Assembly (NCBI GenBank): GCA_048213135.1
Contig: PS015014.1
Location: 184,973 to 212,740, forward strand
Direction of reading: 5' to 3'
DNA: 27,768 bases
Source: Reclinomonas americana ATCC 50394
Taxonomy: Eukaryota
Part shown: positions 1 to 11,545 of the stretch, piece after piece
How positions within the stretch are numbered: position 1 is the first letter of the stretch
Layout: each line of letters begins with the position of its first letter
The notes under the pieces: model-generated
Told to the model about the DNA's origin: nothing
Seen by the model: the letters and a program-made list of their open reading frames with translations, nothing else
Database searches by the model: none
Position numbers and translations under genes: made by a program

Positions 1-996
1 CCGCCGCTGCCGCTGCCGCTGCTGCGGGTTACACCGACTTGCCTCTGACCAACATGCGCAAGGTGATTGCCGACCGCCTGGTCCAGTCCAAGCAACAGAT
101 TCCGCACTACTACTTGACCGTGAGCTGCAACGTCGACTCTCTGTTGAAGTTTCGTCAATCGCTTCCCGTCTCTCGCACAATGTGACTCTCTGACGAACAG
201 TTTTTCTCATCATGCTCAGGCTGCGCGCGGAGCTGAACGCTGCCGGTGGTGAGGACTACAAGTTGTCGGTCAACGACTTTATTGTGAAGGCTGCTGCCTT
301 GGCGTGCCGCAAGGTGCCGGCAGTGAATTCATCGTGGCTCGGCAACGCCATTCGTCAGTACGACTACGTGGACGTGAGCGTTGCTGTCAGCACACCCAGT
401 GGACTGATTACGCCCATTCTGAAGGACGCCGACCGCAAGGTAGTTCTTCTCCCGCTGCTTCTCGTCGTCTCCGTTCTAGTATCCCACTCGGCAACTGTAG
501 GGCCTGGCCACCTTGTCGAACGAGATGAAGGTGCTGGCAGAAAAGGCGCGCAACAACAAGCTGACACCACCAGAGTTCCAGGTCTGTTGAATATTTTGCA
601 TTGTGCATTATGCCTGTGTCGTCTCATCGTCTATGCCTTTATGCAGGGTGGCACATTCACGATCAGCAACCTCGGCATGTTTGGCATCAAGCAGTTCACC
701 GCCGTGATCAATCCGCCGCAGTCGTGCATTCTGGCGGTTGGTGGAAGCGAGAAGACAGTGGTGGTGAACCCGAAGGCCAAGTTGCGTGACACACAGAATG
801 CCGTGTCGGGTGAGTGTTGAATCCCTGGCGGCTCATCGCCCGTGGCCACAGGGATGGTGAGAGCCCCTACACGACGGCGACGTTGATGAACGTGACGCTC
901 TCTTGCGATCACCGTGTTGTGGATGGTGCTGTCGGCGCACAGTGGCTGCAGCACTTCAAGTCCTACGTGGAGGATCCACTCAAGATGCTCTTGTAG
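1..996 (+). CDS. DLAT: Dihydrolipoamide acetyltransferase (pyruvate dehydrogenase E2), 3' part; introns 149-219, 440-500, 582-646, 810-851
   Basis: Spliced translation gives [52 protein letters not shown] and the catalytic DHRVVDGA motif. It ends EDPLKMLL* at 996. Confidence 0.96.
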
Positions 997-1108
997 GCGC
1001 CTGGTGCCCACCGCTGCATATATGCTGTGGTTTCTGTTGACCGATTGGGTGGACCGAGAATACAGCGGCAAAGTGTTGAATTTACATCAGCGCATCGACG
1101 CGCTCTAC

Positions 1109-4100
1109 TTAGGAACTGCCACTTCTTACGGCGGCAAGGCTCATTGCCACCGCCTGTTGCTCCAACTCGCTCTCCGAGTGCACCAACACATCGTCTTCTG
1201 CGTCCACTTGTCCGTCGCCGGTCACGCCTGTCACAATCAAACGGTTAAGCAGATGCACACGCGACACACACCGCGCAAATGCTGACTGGGCTGGTACCTT
1301 GCGCTTCCTCCTGCTCGTTGCGCATGTACACCAAGAACGAGGCCGCTGGTCGGTTGCGTCCAGTTGACTCCTGTCGCATGAACCGCTCGGTGGCCTGCAT
1401 GCAAACGTGAGGAACGAGGGGGTTGCTGACTGCATTCTCCATTGCACTCAACTCGCTGGCCATCTGCGCCATCCAGAGTGATCCATGTGTTGTCGCGTGT
1501 GTCGAGCGCAAACGTACACTGGCCGACCACCAAGCGCAACGAGTACTCGTCGCCGAGGATGGTCGAAAAGACACTGTCCAACTGTGCCATGAGCTCCGCC
1601 TTTTCCGCGTCGCACTCTGCACACGCGTACAAGTGAGAACAACGCCACTCTCTGCTTGAGGCAACCAACCGCAGGCCACCACGCAACCTGTAATTCGCTG
1701 CCGCACGGTCTCGAGTTCGCAGTCCACCAGCTGGGCAGTCACTTGCAGGTCAGCGTTGCGTCGGAAGCCGCCACTTCTGCAGTACTCCTTCACTCCCTCC
1801 AAGAAGACTTGACGCTGGAACAACCGACTGGAAGCGGGAAGGCCACTATGCAAAGTCTGCAGAGAGCAGCGTGAGCGACACGCTGATGAAACACGACAGT
1901 CGTTTCCTTTCAAACCTTGCACGCCCGCGGCAAGCGCAGTAGTCGCTCCTTGCGATCCTCGCACGCTTGTATCCTACTGTAGATGGAGACAGCCTCCAGG
2001 AAGCATGCCTCCACATCACCCACAGCGTCGGCCGTGTAGCGGCGCATGTGAAGCAGCTGCTCAAACGCAAACTCGCGGATGGCTTCACCCTTGCCACACT
2101 GCCGATCGATCATCAGTCAGTCAGTCAGTCAGGCAACTCAGGTCCCCTTCGTGAAACATACATTCCGACACTGCGACTCACATGCAACGAGACCACCAGC
2201 ATCGGCGGCAGTCTCGTGATGGCGCGCGAGCCGATCGGCATCGGCGACGGTGAGCCCGTGTGATCCATGGTCAACGGCAACAACTGGCGATCGAGCGCAG
2301 CCTGCACGCAAGCACAGTTCTTCACGTCGACGCCCAACTGTGCAAGAGTCTGTGCCAGGCAATCCAGCATTGGTCAGAGTCAGCGCGTGACAACGGCCAA
2401 CACAGCCTGCTCGCTCACTCACCGTGGACTCGCCGGTGTCGAGTTGCGTTGACCGAATGCTGAGAGCACTGGGGAAAACAGACAAACATCTGTGAGCAAT
2501 CGAACCAAGCAGACATGGACACAAGCACACGGCGCGTACTCTTCCACTGCCGCCGCCACCGGCACGCTGCTGCACTGTTGCAGAGTGTGCAACACAACCT
2601 CGTACAAACGCTCCCACACAAGCGCCACGTCTGACAGGCAAGCGCAGAACGTGAGAGACCACATGGAGAACTGCAGAACGAGTCACAAAGAGACAACACA
2701 CCAGATTGCCGCTCTGCTGCGATCCGGCTCACGGTGATGAAGCTGTCCAACAGCGCCTCGCTTGTAAGCTCCACGACCTCGCCGGTACACATCAGATTAG
2801 CAAACAGATTCTGCACGAGAAGCACAACTGCAACACCCCCAGCTCAGCACAGCGACACTGTTCACCGCACAACACAACAACGCACACTCAATGCCCTGGA
2901 AATCGCGAAGCACAGCGTTGCTGTCGGCACGCTCGTCGACAGCCTTCACGGGGTCTGCAGATGCCACAAAGACGCAGTGAGTAATGCGCGCAGGAGTCAG
3001 TGCATGGACACACCGCAGTCGCCGCACCACGAATGTGCAGCGGGGTCGATGTCACCGGACGTGCCGGCACAAAAGCAAAAATGGCACGTCGCATCGGCAG
3101 AATCCAGAATGCCATCAACAAGCACGCATTCAGTGCCGCATGTCCTCTCTTGGTCGGTTGCGACACGAGATGATGCAGAGTGGAGGGATAGTATTGCTGG
3201 GTGGCGTCGGAGTCCAGAGAGAAATTCTCCAGTACGCTCGCTGGGCAACAGATGCAACTAGTAAGTTAGGCAGTTGATACCAGAGCGCAAAGTACTCGGT
3301 TTTTCTCACACCATCCACACAGCGCATCAGCTCCTCGGATCCACGGGCCTCCGCAATGACTGACAGACAGATCAACAGGCGTTCGGCCTGATCCGGGAAG
3401 AGCGACAGTCTGTTTTCCCCCCCCAAGAACGCAATAGATGTAAGTCAACTGCATTAAAGGTCAACAACACGAAATGTCTCTTCACTTCATACCGATTACG
3501 TGTCGCCAGCAGCACCGCAGTGTCGCTGCTGGACGGCAGCGCACCGAGGATTGTGAAAGCAGTTTCCACTTCCGGCACATCGTCCACCTCTGCAATTCAC
3601 ATGCATGCATTCAGCACCGTGACATGGGCAGCAGATGGACATGACACGACAGCAAACCTTCCACCACAGCGGCGACATCTGCACTCAACCCCAGCATGCG
3701 TCTGAGGTGCGAGACGAGCCGTTCGGGGCGCGTCGGCGATTTGACCGAGGTGACAGCATGCTGGAAGCGGAGCGGTGGTGCGCGCCCGTTGATAACATCT
3801 GCGGTAGATCAGTAAAGGAAGTATCACCTCGCCACAAAGAAATCACACACACCTTGCTGGCGATGCAAGCCACACATTTCGCCAAGCACCGAGTCTGTTT
3901 TTGGTCCACCGTCGACAGCAGACTCGGCTGTATCCACTGCATGGATACGATTGCGCAGCAGTTCTTCCGCGAAAGCGTGCAAATCGGACGAATCTGTGCC
4001 CAAGCACGCCGACAGTCACACAGACGGCGGGAGACGCCACCGCATGCGAGGTTCATGGTATACTTACAATACTCCTGGAACTTGAGGTGGCACGCGGTGG

Positions 4101-5400
4101 TGATTGCGAAAAACTCGTCAATAACACGACGAACAAGTCCGTCGGGGCGACCAACGGTTTCGGGCTTCCCGTCAGAGGTGTCTTTCGGGAGGTTGTAGCC
4201 GTACCCGCCTCCGGGTTGATCCACACGTCGGAAGCCAGCAATCTGCAACGATATGCGCGGACGGAGTCAGAATCGTGCTGTGTGCTCCAGCTGAAGGCAG
4301 ACGGGGGAACCTCCAGAGTTCGGGGAAAATACGGAAGCGATCGCAAGAGCGGCGACGACGAGGGGATCCAGCGAGCGCTGCATTCAGGTTTCAGCACGCA
4401 GCAGCGGTAGCAGCACGCGCGCTACGACACGCAACGAATCGTCTTCGGGGTCATCGAGAATCTTGTTGAACACTTGGTGCACCGCTTGCGACAGGCGGAT
4501 CAGCGTCTGCACAGCCAAAAAGTAGTGTTCAGTGCGCAGGCGGCGGGGGAAGAGTCGACACCGAGTCGCGACTCACATCGTAGTTGCCATCCTCACTCAG
4601 CGCACGGAACACACGCGCCAGCAGCGCATCCCTCAACTGCACATGCAGCTCCACCAGCGAATGCTGGCATCGGAACAGGCGTCGATTCGCTGTGCCGTAG
4701 TGCTCCAGCCGTCGCCACGCAAAGCCCTACAAAGAGCAACCCGTGAGCAGTCCCTACCACCCTCACGCTTACCCACACCACGCACCGTATTCGCCGGCAA
4801 CTCCACCGTCACATCTTGCGGAACTCGCAACTGCAGTACAGAGTGATGACTTGCGGCACACAGTCACAGAGAGAGAGAGAGAGAGAGAGAGACGCACAAA
4901 CCTCCACAGTCATCTGGGTGAGTTGCATCACACTGACAAACGCGTGCAGAGTCACTGCGTACTCTCGATTGTAGGGCACGGACGACTCGGGCAAATAGTC
5001 GACCATGATCGTCTGATGATGAAGATGAAGAAGTTGTCAGATGTCCACACTCACGCACACACAATGCCACCCACTCACCTGTGTGGATGAGTAACCCTCG
5101 AGAGGGCTCACACGAAGGAACGACACACTCGGGTCTGTGGAGAAGGCCGTGGACTGCATGCAAATGTGTGAGATGAGTGGCGTGTGTGCGTGAGAGGAGA
5201 GAGACGAGTGTAGAGAGGGATGTTTGGAGACCAGGTGATCAAAGAGACGCTCCGGCGAGTAGTTGAGCATGGAGGCTGCGCGGAATGCAGGTTTTACATA
5301 AGCAAGACCTGCCAAGTGTGCCGAGTGCGACACCGACGTGAAGAGACTCACGATCCATGCGGAGGAGGCCCGCAAGCAGATCCATTCTTGAGAGATCCAT
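1109..5400 (-). CDS. USP25/USP28/Ubp2-like ubiquitin-specific protease-fold protein, probably catalytically inactive, with an N-terminal PUB-like segment; multi-exon, internal exons partly unresolved
   Basis: USP boxes appear in the expected order: RGHAALNACLLMAFWILPMRRAIFAF (Cys-box position), LVQNLFANLM, DVALVWERLYEVV, ITRLPPMLVVSL, IREFAFEQLLHMRRY, a coiled-coil insertion, EYSLRLVVG, WITLDG and ASFLVYMR. The tail is UIM-like (SESELEQQAVAMSL). Probable ATG at 5400 (MDLSRMDLL). Treating the whole span as one gene is an inference. Confidence 0.65.
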
Positions 5401-5571
5401 AACTGCTGCTGCTGCTGCTCACTCACTCACTCAATCGTGACAAGGTTTGTGTGTGTAGTGTTTTATAAATTCGTGGTGACTCAAACAAATTTTCGACGAC
5501 GCCTGCTTCCTCCCTCTCTCCCTCTCTCTGTTGCACTCGCGCGCGCCCGCACGCAGTCTCGCTGCCACTCA

Positions 5572-7548
5572 TCAACGACGGCGACGATGACGGTCGGGCG
5601 ATCGGGAACCCGAGGCGGAGCGCGAACGCGNNNNNNNNNNNNNNNNNNNNAGAGGGAGAGGGAGAGGGAGAGGGAGAGGGAGAGGGAGAGGGAGAGGGAG
5701 AGGGAGAGGGAGAGAGAAAGGACGGGAGCAACAAAGGTCACACAAGCATGAGTGAAAAACCGCGATGGAGCGGGGAAGCGAGATGAGAGGAAGGAGAAGG
5801 AGGAATGAGACAGAGACTTGCAGACCCCGGCGACGCACCTCTGTCTTGCCACCCTCGGTGCCCGAGAAGCCCTTGTCGGGTCGGAAACGCTCAGTCTTGG
5901 TGAGCGAATCCATCAGCTGATCACCGCCACCGTACACCTCCGTGTCCACTGCCTTGGGCCTGTACAATTGATTGGCACTGCTGCCACTGAAGAGCGGCTT
6001 GTCGTACACGGCATACGCTGTTCATACAGTGAGCTGCCGGTAGCGACGTGTGTGTGTGCGTAAACAAAAGACGCAACAATCGTCGGCGGCGAATCCCGAT
6101 GTCAGACCCTGACTCGCATTAAACAGACGCTGATCGTACATGAGCTCCTTGGAGGGCGCGGAAGGTCCCTGACCGAGGGCCACTCGCTCACTGATATCAC
6201 GCTCCTCCTCACGCTTCTTCAGTCCACCCGAGGCGCGCAGCGATTCTTTGCGATGTTCACGCTCGCGCTGCTTGCGACGCATCTCACGCAGCTCCTCACG
6301 CTCACGCAGATCTTCATCCGCCTCCGGACTGGTGCAACAGTGTGAGAAGAAGAGGGGAGGGGGAGAGGGGTGGGGAGTTGAACAACGCAACTGGCTCTTC
6401 AGCGATTCGTTCATGCCCGCCACACCGGAGCGCTCCTGACGTGCCAGTCGCGCCTTCTCGCGCAGCTCCTCCTCCTGTTTTGTCCGTTCCTTCTCCTTCA
6501 TCTTGATAATGATCTTGTTGCGCTGCTCAAGCTCCTCGCGTGCCGTCTGGTCGGCCACATACAGGGCCGATGATAGCTTGGCGAACTTGTTGCTGATGGT
6601 GACCTCCTGTGTGCCACGTCCATCGGCCGCCAGACGCTTGTCGAGAGAAATCGTGTAGCCGCGAGGATTCTTCCAGTTGGAGACGCACGGTGGAATGGTC
6701 CAATCCTGCACCTCCTGCGCCGTCGGCTTGCGCGGTGGCGAGTGCATCACCGGCACCGGCGGCGAGCCAGCCCCTGCACGCGAAGATAAATGTTGAGTGC
6801 ATCATCATCACCACTATGTGTGACGCAAAAAATGGAAGAATAGTCAGTCACCTCGCGGGACCTTGACGTGCTTGAACTTTGGCGGCTCCAGTGGATCCGT
6901 GGGCGCCGTCACTGAAGGGTGACGGAGCGGCAAGTGAGCTCACACGAGTGAACCCGTTCCCGCACATCCCAGCGACCAAGCAATGCGAATCACGAAACTC
7001 ATACGAATGATGCGCTGCTGGGCGCCCGAGTTGTGCGCCGCATTCTGCGTGGCTGGCGTGTACCGAATGTACTGCGGCTCCTCCTGCTGCGTGCCCACCT
7101 GCGGCCGTGCGGCCTTGGCCCGCGCATTCATCTTCTCCTCCAGCGCCTTGCGTGTCCTCTCCGCAATCTCCTTCTCCGCCTCCGTATCCGGTCGAGCCAG
7201 TTCATCCTCACCGAACTGCGGAGAGAAGAGGGCAAGAGTGTGAGTGCGGCTCTCTTACACGGCAGTCTTGTCTCTGACATTGGGTGTGCAGAAGTTCTTT
7301 GCTTTTCTCTCGCTCTTTCTATCAATATACCTCTCCCTCACTCACCACACACAGAGACACACCTTCTTCCTCACTTTCTCTCTCTACTCTCTCTCCCTGC
7401 GCACCACGACACTCACCTCCTTCTCATCCAGATCGGCGCGCGTCGAAAAGATCTTCTTGTCCTTGCGCTGCCCCTGCTTCACAATGGCATCAAACTGCAG
7501 GCGTCCATCCGAGTCTGTCTTGAGCGCCACCACCTTGCCCGCGGTCTT
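5572..7548 (-). CDS. SNW1: SNW domain splicing factor SKIP/Prp45, exon 2 onward; part of the C-terminus lies in the gap at 5631-5650
   Basis: QYIRYTP, QRIIRM..DPLEPPKFK, PPVPVMHSPPRK, IPPCVSNWKNPRGYTISLDKRLAADGRG, RDISERVALG, YDQRLFN and RFRPDKGFSG are present. An RS-rich tail ends at the stop at 5572. Confidence 0.95.
5651..5712. repeat. (AGAGGG)n hexamer microsatellite in a SNW1 intron, next to an assembly gap
   Basis: About 10 tandem copies are directly visible. Confidence 0.9.
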
Positions 7549-7938
7549 CTGCTCGTGGATGCACGAAAGAGGGAGTGAGGGGGAGGGAGGGGAGAGGGAG
7601 GGGAGGGAGAAGGATGGGGAGGGGAAAAGGGAAGAGTGGAGAGAAGACGGAGAGGAGACGCAGACAGAGAATGGAGGATCGGAGAGTGAGAGCAGGGACA
7701 ACAGAAGAGCGGGGACACAGAGACACGCAAACACAGAGACAGGGCGACAGAGAGAGAGAGAGAGAGAGAGAGGAGGAGGGGGGCAACACATACATGAGAG
7801 ACAAGAGATGCAGAACCAGAGAGATAGAGAAAGACAGCAGGAGAGAAAGCAGGGGCAAGGGACGAGTAAGAAGAGAGAACGGGGGAAGACACACACACAG
7901 ATACACACGAACAGAGTGNNNNNNNNNNNNNNNNNNNN

Positions 7939-8187
7939 GTGAGTAGCCTGCTTCCGTCTCCGCGCAACGCGGCAGGGAGCAAGGACAGTGCGTTCTTTGG
8001 TGCGCAAGTCAAGGGCGCGGGGGCGGAGCGCGAGGCTGCATCGCGCGCTCTGGCCAAGCGCTTCCAGGCGCCGCCGTACAAGCATCGTGAGAGCTTTGTG
8101 CCGCGACGAGTCGAGGACTTTGCCGATGGAGGCGCCTTTCCAGAGATCCACGTCGCGCAGTATCCGCTGGATATGGGTCGCAAGGAT
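7939..8187 (+). CDS. SNW1: SNW1 N-terminal exon, on the opposite strand to the rest of the gene and inside a gap-flanked segment
   Basis: SSLLPSP...APPYKHRESFVPRRVEDFADGGAFPEIHVAQYPLDMGRKD is the conserved SKIP N-terminus. The donor at 8188 is phase 0, matching the minus-strand acceptor at 7549. Confidence 0.9.
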
Positions 8188-8220
8188 GTTGAGTTGTGGG
8201 GCGTGGTGGGGTGGGTGGGT

Positions 8221-8381
8221 CACTTGTCTCTCTTGTCCTTTGCTCGCTCTCTCTCTCTCTCTGTGTGTGTGTGTCTCCTCTCTCTCGCTCTCTCCCCTCG
8301 TCTTCTGCTTCTGCTTTCTCTTCCCTTGTCGCTCTCTATCTCTTTCTCGCCCTCAATCCTGTTCATCACTTGTCTTGCTCT

Positions 8382-8436
<55 letters not shown>

Positions 8437-8451
8437 TGTCGTTCTCTCTCT
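8221..8451. repeat. CT/GT-rich low-complexity intronic tract next to the long N gap
   Basis: (CT)n and (GT)n runs are directly visible. Confidence 0.85.
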
Positions 8452-8881
8452 NNNNNNNNNNNNNNNNNNNNNNNNNNNNNNNNNNNNNNNNNNNNNNNNN
8501 NNNNNNNNNNNNNNNNNNNNNNNNNNNNNNNNNNNNNNNNNNNNNNNNNNNNNNNNNNNNNNNNNNNNNNNNNNNNNNNNNNNNNNNNNNNNNNNNNNNN
8601 NNNNNNNNNNNNNNNNNNNNNNNNNNNNNNNNNNNNNNNNNNNAAACAGAGAGAGAGAGAGTGAGTGGTCAAAGTGTCAAGCGTGGAATGGCCCGCACTT
8701 TCGACACGCACGCGCGCGCGTTTCTTTTGCATTGTGTGTGCGTGCGCGCGTGCATGTCAGTGCATAAACGTGTGCGCGTACCTGGCAAGCGAGGTCATTT
8801 GGGCCAACGCGCGCGCACGACTGTGGCGATGAAGTTGAGTGAATGATGGATCAATCGACTTCACGCACTTCTCTACTCACA

Positions 8882-9321
8882 ATGGGCGGCGGCGGCGATC
8901 ACTTTGAGTATCCCAAGGTGCGCGCAACTGCACACACACGCGCGCGCATTCTCTAACTTTATCACTGCGCAGGGTGTCTGGTCTCCTGCTGGTGGTTCGT
9001 GCACTCACTCTCTCTCCTCTCTTGTGTGCGTGTGTGTGTGTGTGGCTCATATGTGTGTGTAATGTGTTTATTCAGGCTGGTTCCCGCATCCACGAGCATG
9101 GCGACGCAACACGGCGTTTGCGGTGGTTGGCCTGGTTGGCATCTGCACACCGTTGTTCCTCTACTCAGCAAAGCGCGAGGTGCGTGTGTGTGTGTGCGCG
9201 CGCTTGCTCATTGTACGTGTCACTTTTCCTCATTGGCCTTTGTGTGTGAATGCAGACCCGCATTGATGCGCCGACACGCCCCATCCCCAGCGAGCTGTGG
9301 AGCAGTGTGCCGAAAGTGTGA
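8882..9321 (+). CDS. Small mitochondrial complex I accessory subunit, NUUM / plant KFYI (At4g00585-like) type; 4 exons including a 22-nt exon at 8973-8994
   Basis: Spliced product is MGGGGDHFEYPKGVWSPAGGWFPHPRAWRRNTAFAVVGLVGICTPLFLYSAKRETRIDAPTRPIPSELWSSVPKV*. The VWSPAGGW..P..WRRNTA and RPIPS..W motifs match this family as I remember it. Confidence 0.85.
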
Positions 9322-9927
9322 GAGAGAGAGAGAGTGATAGAACGGAGAGTGGCGCAGCAGCAGTACTGTGGAGGGGTTTCTCGCGCTGAGTGCCTATGAA
9401 TGAGTTGACTGTGGATGTGAGAGAGGTCGTGCATTCGCAATAGCGAGAGAAGAGTGGGACTTGTTGAGAGGTGAAGAGAGTTGCTTATCTGACTGTCTCG
9501 TCTGGCTGGACCCAGGCAGCATGGAAGAGGACCACATCTGTGCCTCTGAGCCTACTGCTTGGTGTTACGGCGTTTGCGATTGTGTGGACGTGATGAGTGC
9601 GATGGACGAGGCACGATGGATACAACGCTACAGAAGGCGATCATGGAGAAGTGCTTCCGTTAGTCTCCAAGAGTGATCGCGCTCTCGCTCCCGTGCCTCG
9701 GCTGTTCCGTCTGAGCGTATTCCGTCTCATCAATCCGTCATACTTCCGACTTCGCAGTTCGTCGTGTGCCTTCACGTGTTATGAGGTCTACGGCGTTATC
9801 TGACCAGTCTGCGACTAACTAGCGGTTGCCAAGGCGACGACTCATGTGCATGCTATCGAAGCAAAGAGTCATGGGACGTCGCTCTAATCTGTCCCCTTCC
9901 CTCATCATTCACTGCGATCGCGAGGCA

Positions 9928-11321
9928 ATGCAGCTGTTAGCCTTTGCGCGCTCCGTGCGCCCTCTGCTCGCTTGCCGGCATCATCGTTGCGCACGTTCTC
10001 TGCAGCAGTCAGTGCACGAGCAAGACTGATTCTCATCGTTATTGATTCCCCACGTCAGCAGCATTGCTGCGTCAGTGCACGACTGCCGCGTTCTCGACCT
10101 CTTCTCCTGCCCAGTCATCGGTTCCATCATCCTCGCCGCAGCCACCCGGTGTGTATGCTCCTGTGCATGCATGTGGATTCCGACTGTTGTCTGACGGAAT
10201 CTCCCTGCTCCTTCCTCCCCACAGTGAATGCACCGCAACAACAACAACAACAGGACAAGCGTGGGAGTGGCAAAGAGGGAGGCGGTAGTGGTGGTGGAGC
10301 TCGGCCCAACGAGACCAAGCGATCGATCTTTGGCTGGGAGCTTCTGATTGCTGTGCCAGTGGCGATGTTCTTCTCCTTTGTCGGTGTTCCTCGTTGCGTG
10401 CTGTGTCGTGCCGTCGCGCCGTTGATCCGCGCGGCCGTATGTCGCTGATCGTGCCGTCGTACGTTGTTTTGCAGCTCTGTACTACGGGTGAGTCTGCCAT
10501 CCATGTCTTCTTGATACTCTCTGCGCTGTTTCACGTGTGTGCGCGTGTGTGTGTATAGTGTCAAGAGCTCCAGCTGGCCCACAGCCGAGGGTGTCATTGT
10601 CAAGTCGGATATCTTTGAGCAGTCCCGCAAATCGGTCGTGTTCTCCGGTAAGTAGTGCAGGTGGAGGTAGCGCATCGTGTGATCACTACTGTATTTTTGA
10701 CCGCGGTGTGCAGGCACGGACTATTTGCCCGATATCAAGTACCGTTTCCGAGTGCCTGGCGAGACGGCCGATCGCGAGGGATTCATTGTGTCGTTCCGTT
10801 ACTGGGGTGCGCCGCCGGCCCGGCCCGAGGCCGAGTCTCTGCTGGCGCTGTACCCCGTCGGTTCCAAGGTGTTTGAACTCGTTCACGCCGCCATGGTCCG
10901 CTAGCGCTCACTCACTCCTTGCTGCGACATGTGCAGGTCACTGTGCACTATGACCCGTCGCAACCAGGTGTGCTCACGCTCTCTCTCGTCATCTTGCTTC
11001 GAGGGCGTTCCCTGTTTGTTGGTTTGTTGGTTGACGATGCATGTATGTATGTGGCGGCAGAACGCGCGGTGTTGATTCCTGAGATCGGTTGCATCGGTCT
11101 GAGTGCGGCGTTCTCCAGCGCTGCTGTTCTCGCGTTCGGCTTCCGTGTGGGTCCTGCGCGTGGTATTGTTGCGTGTGAGCGTGCATGTGCATTTTGCACT
11201 CGATCACTGTGTTTCTCAACCATCGGCAACACAGTTCACCAGTGCCGTGCTCATCCTCATGGGCTGGCTTGCGCAGTACGGCTGTCAGAACGCCAACAGA
11301 GAGAAACCAGTGGGTGCTTAG
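9928..11321 (+). CDS. DUF3592-like membrane protein with a predicted mitochondrial presequence; about 9 exons
   Basis: Presequence-like MQLLAFARSVRPLLACRHHPALLRQCTTAAFSTSS, then a TM segment (WELLIAVPVAMFFSFVG). This is followed by SSSWPTAEGVIVKS...YLPDIKYRFRV...LALYPVGSKVTVHYDPSQPERAVL and a C-terminal hydrophobic helix. Confidence 0.75.
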
Positions 11322-11545
11322 AGGGGAGTGGCATGTCAACCCATTCTTTGCCAGCAGACGGTAAACACACGAACGAGTGGATTGCACGCTCTCTTGACCA
11401 AACCCTTCCTCTTTCACACGTTGCCACTCTCCATGTTCTAGAGATCTCTGTCTGCTGACCAATCTGTCTCCTTCATCTTCTCCCTGTCGTTGCTTCGTTT
11501 TGTGTCATCACCTCTCACAACAAGCGTTAGCTTGTTTATTAATTC

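Noticed and set aside
7244-8846. ORFs with SLSL/RERE/CVCV runs
   Set aside because: These are translations of microsatellite introns and N gaps.
9461-9803. Short ORFs and a possible C/D snoRNA (GTGATGA ~9590, CTGA ~9711) between the complex I and DUF3592-like genes
   Set aside because: No recognisable protein motifs, terminal stem or rRNA guide. Such short boxes occur by chance.
10008-10082. 12-nt direct repeat GTCAGTGCACGA, a possible target-site duplication or intron-gain footprint
   Set aside because: It does not coincide with the inferred intron boundaries (9986-10058) and is a single instance.
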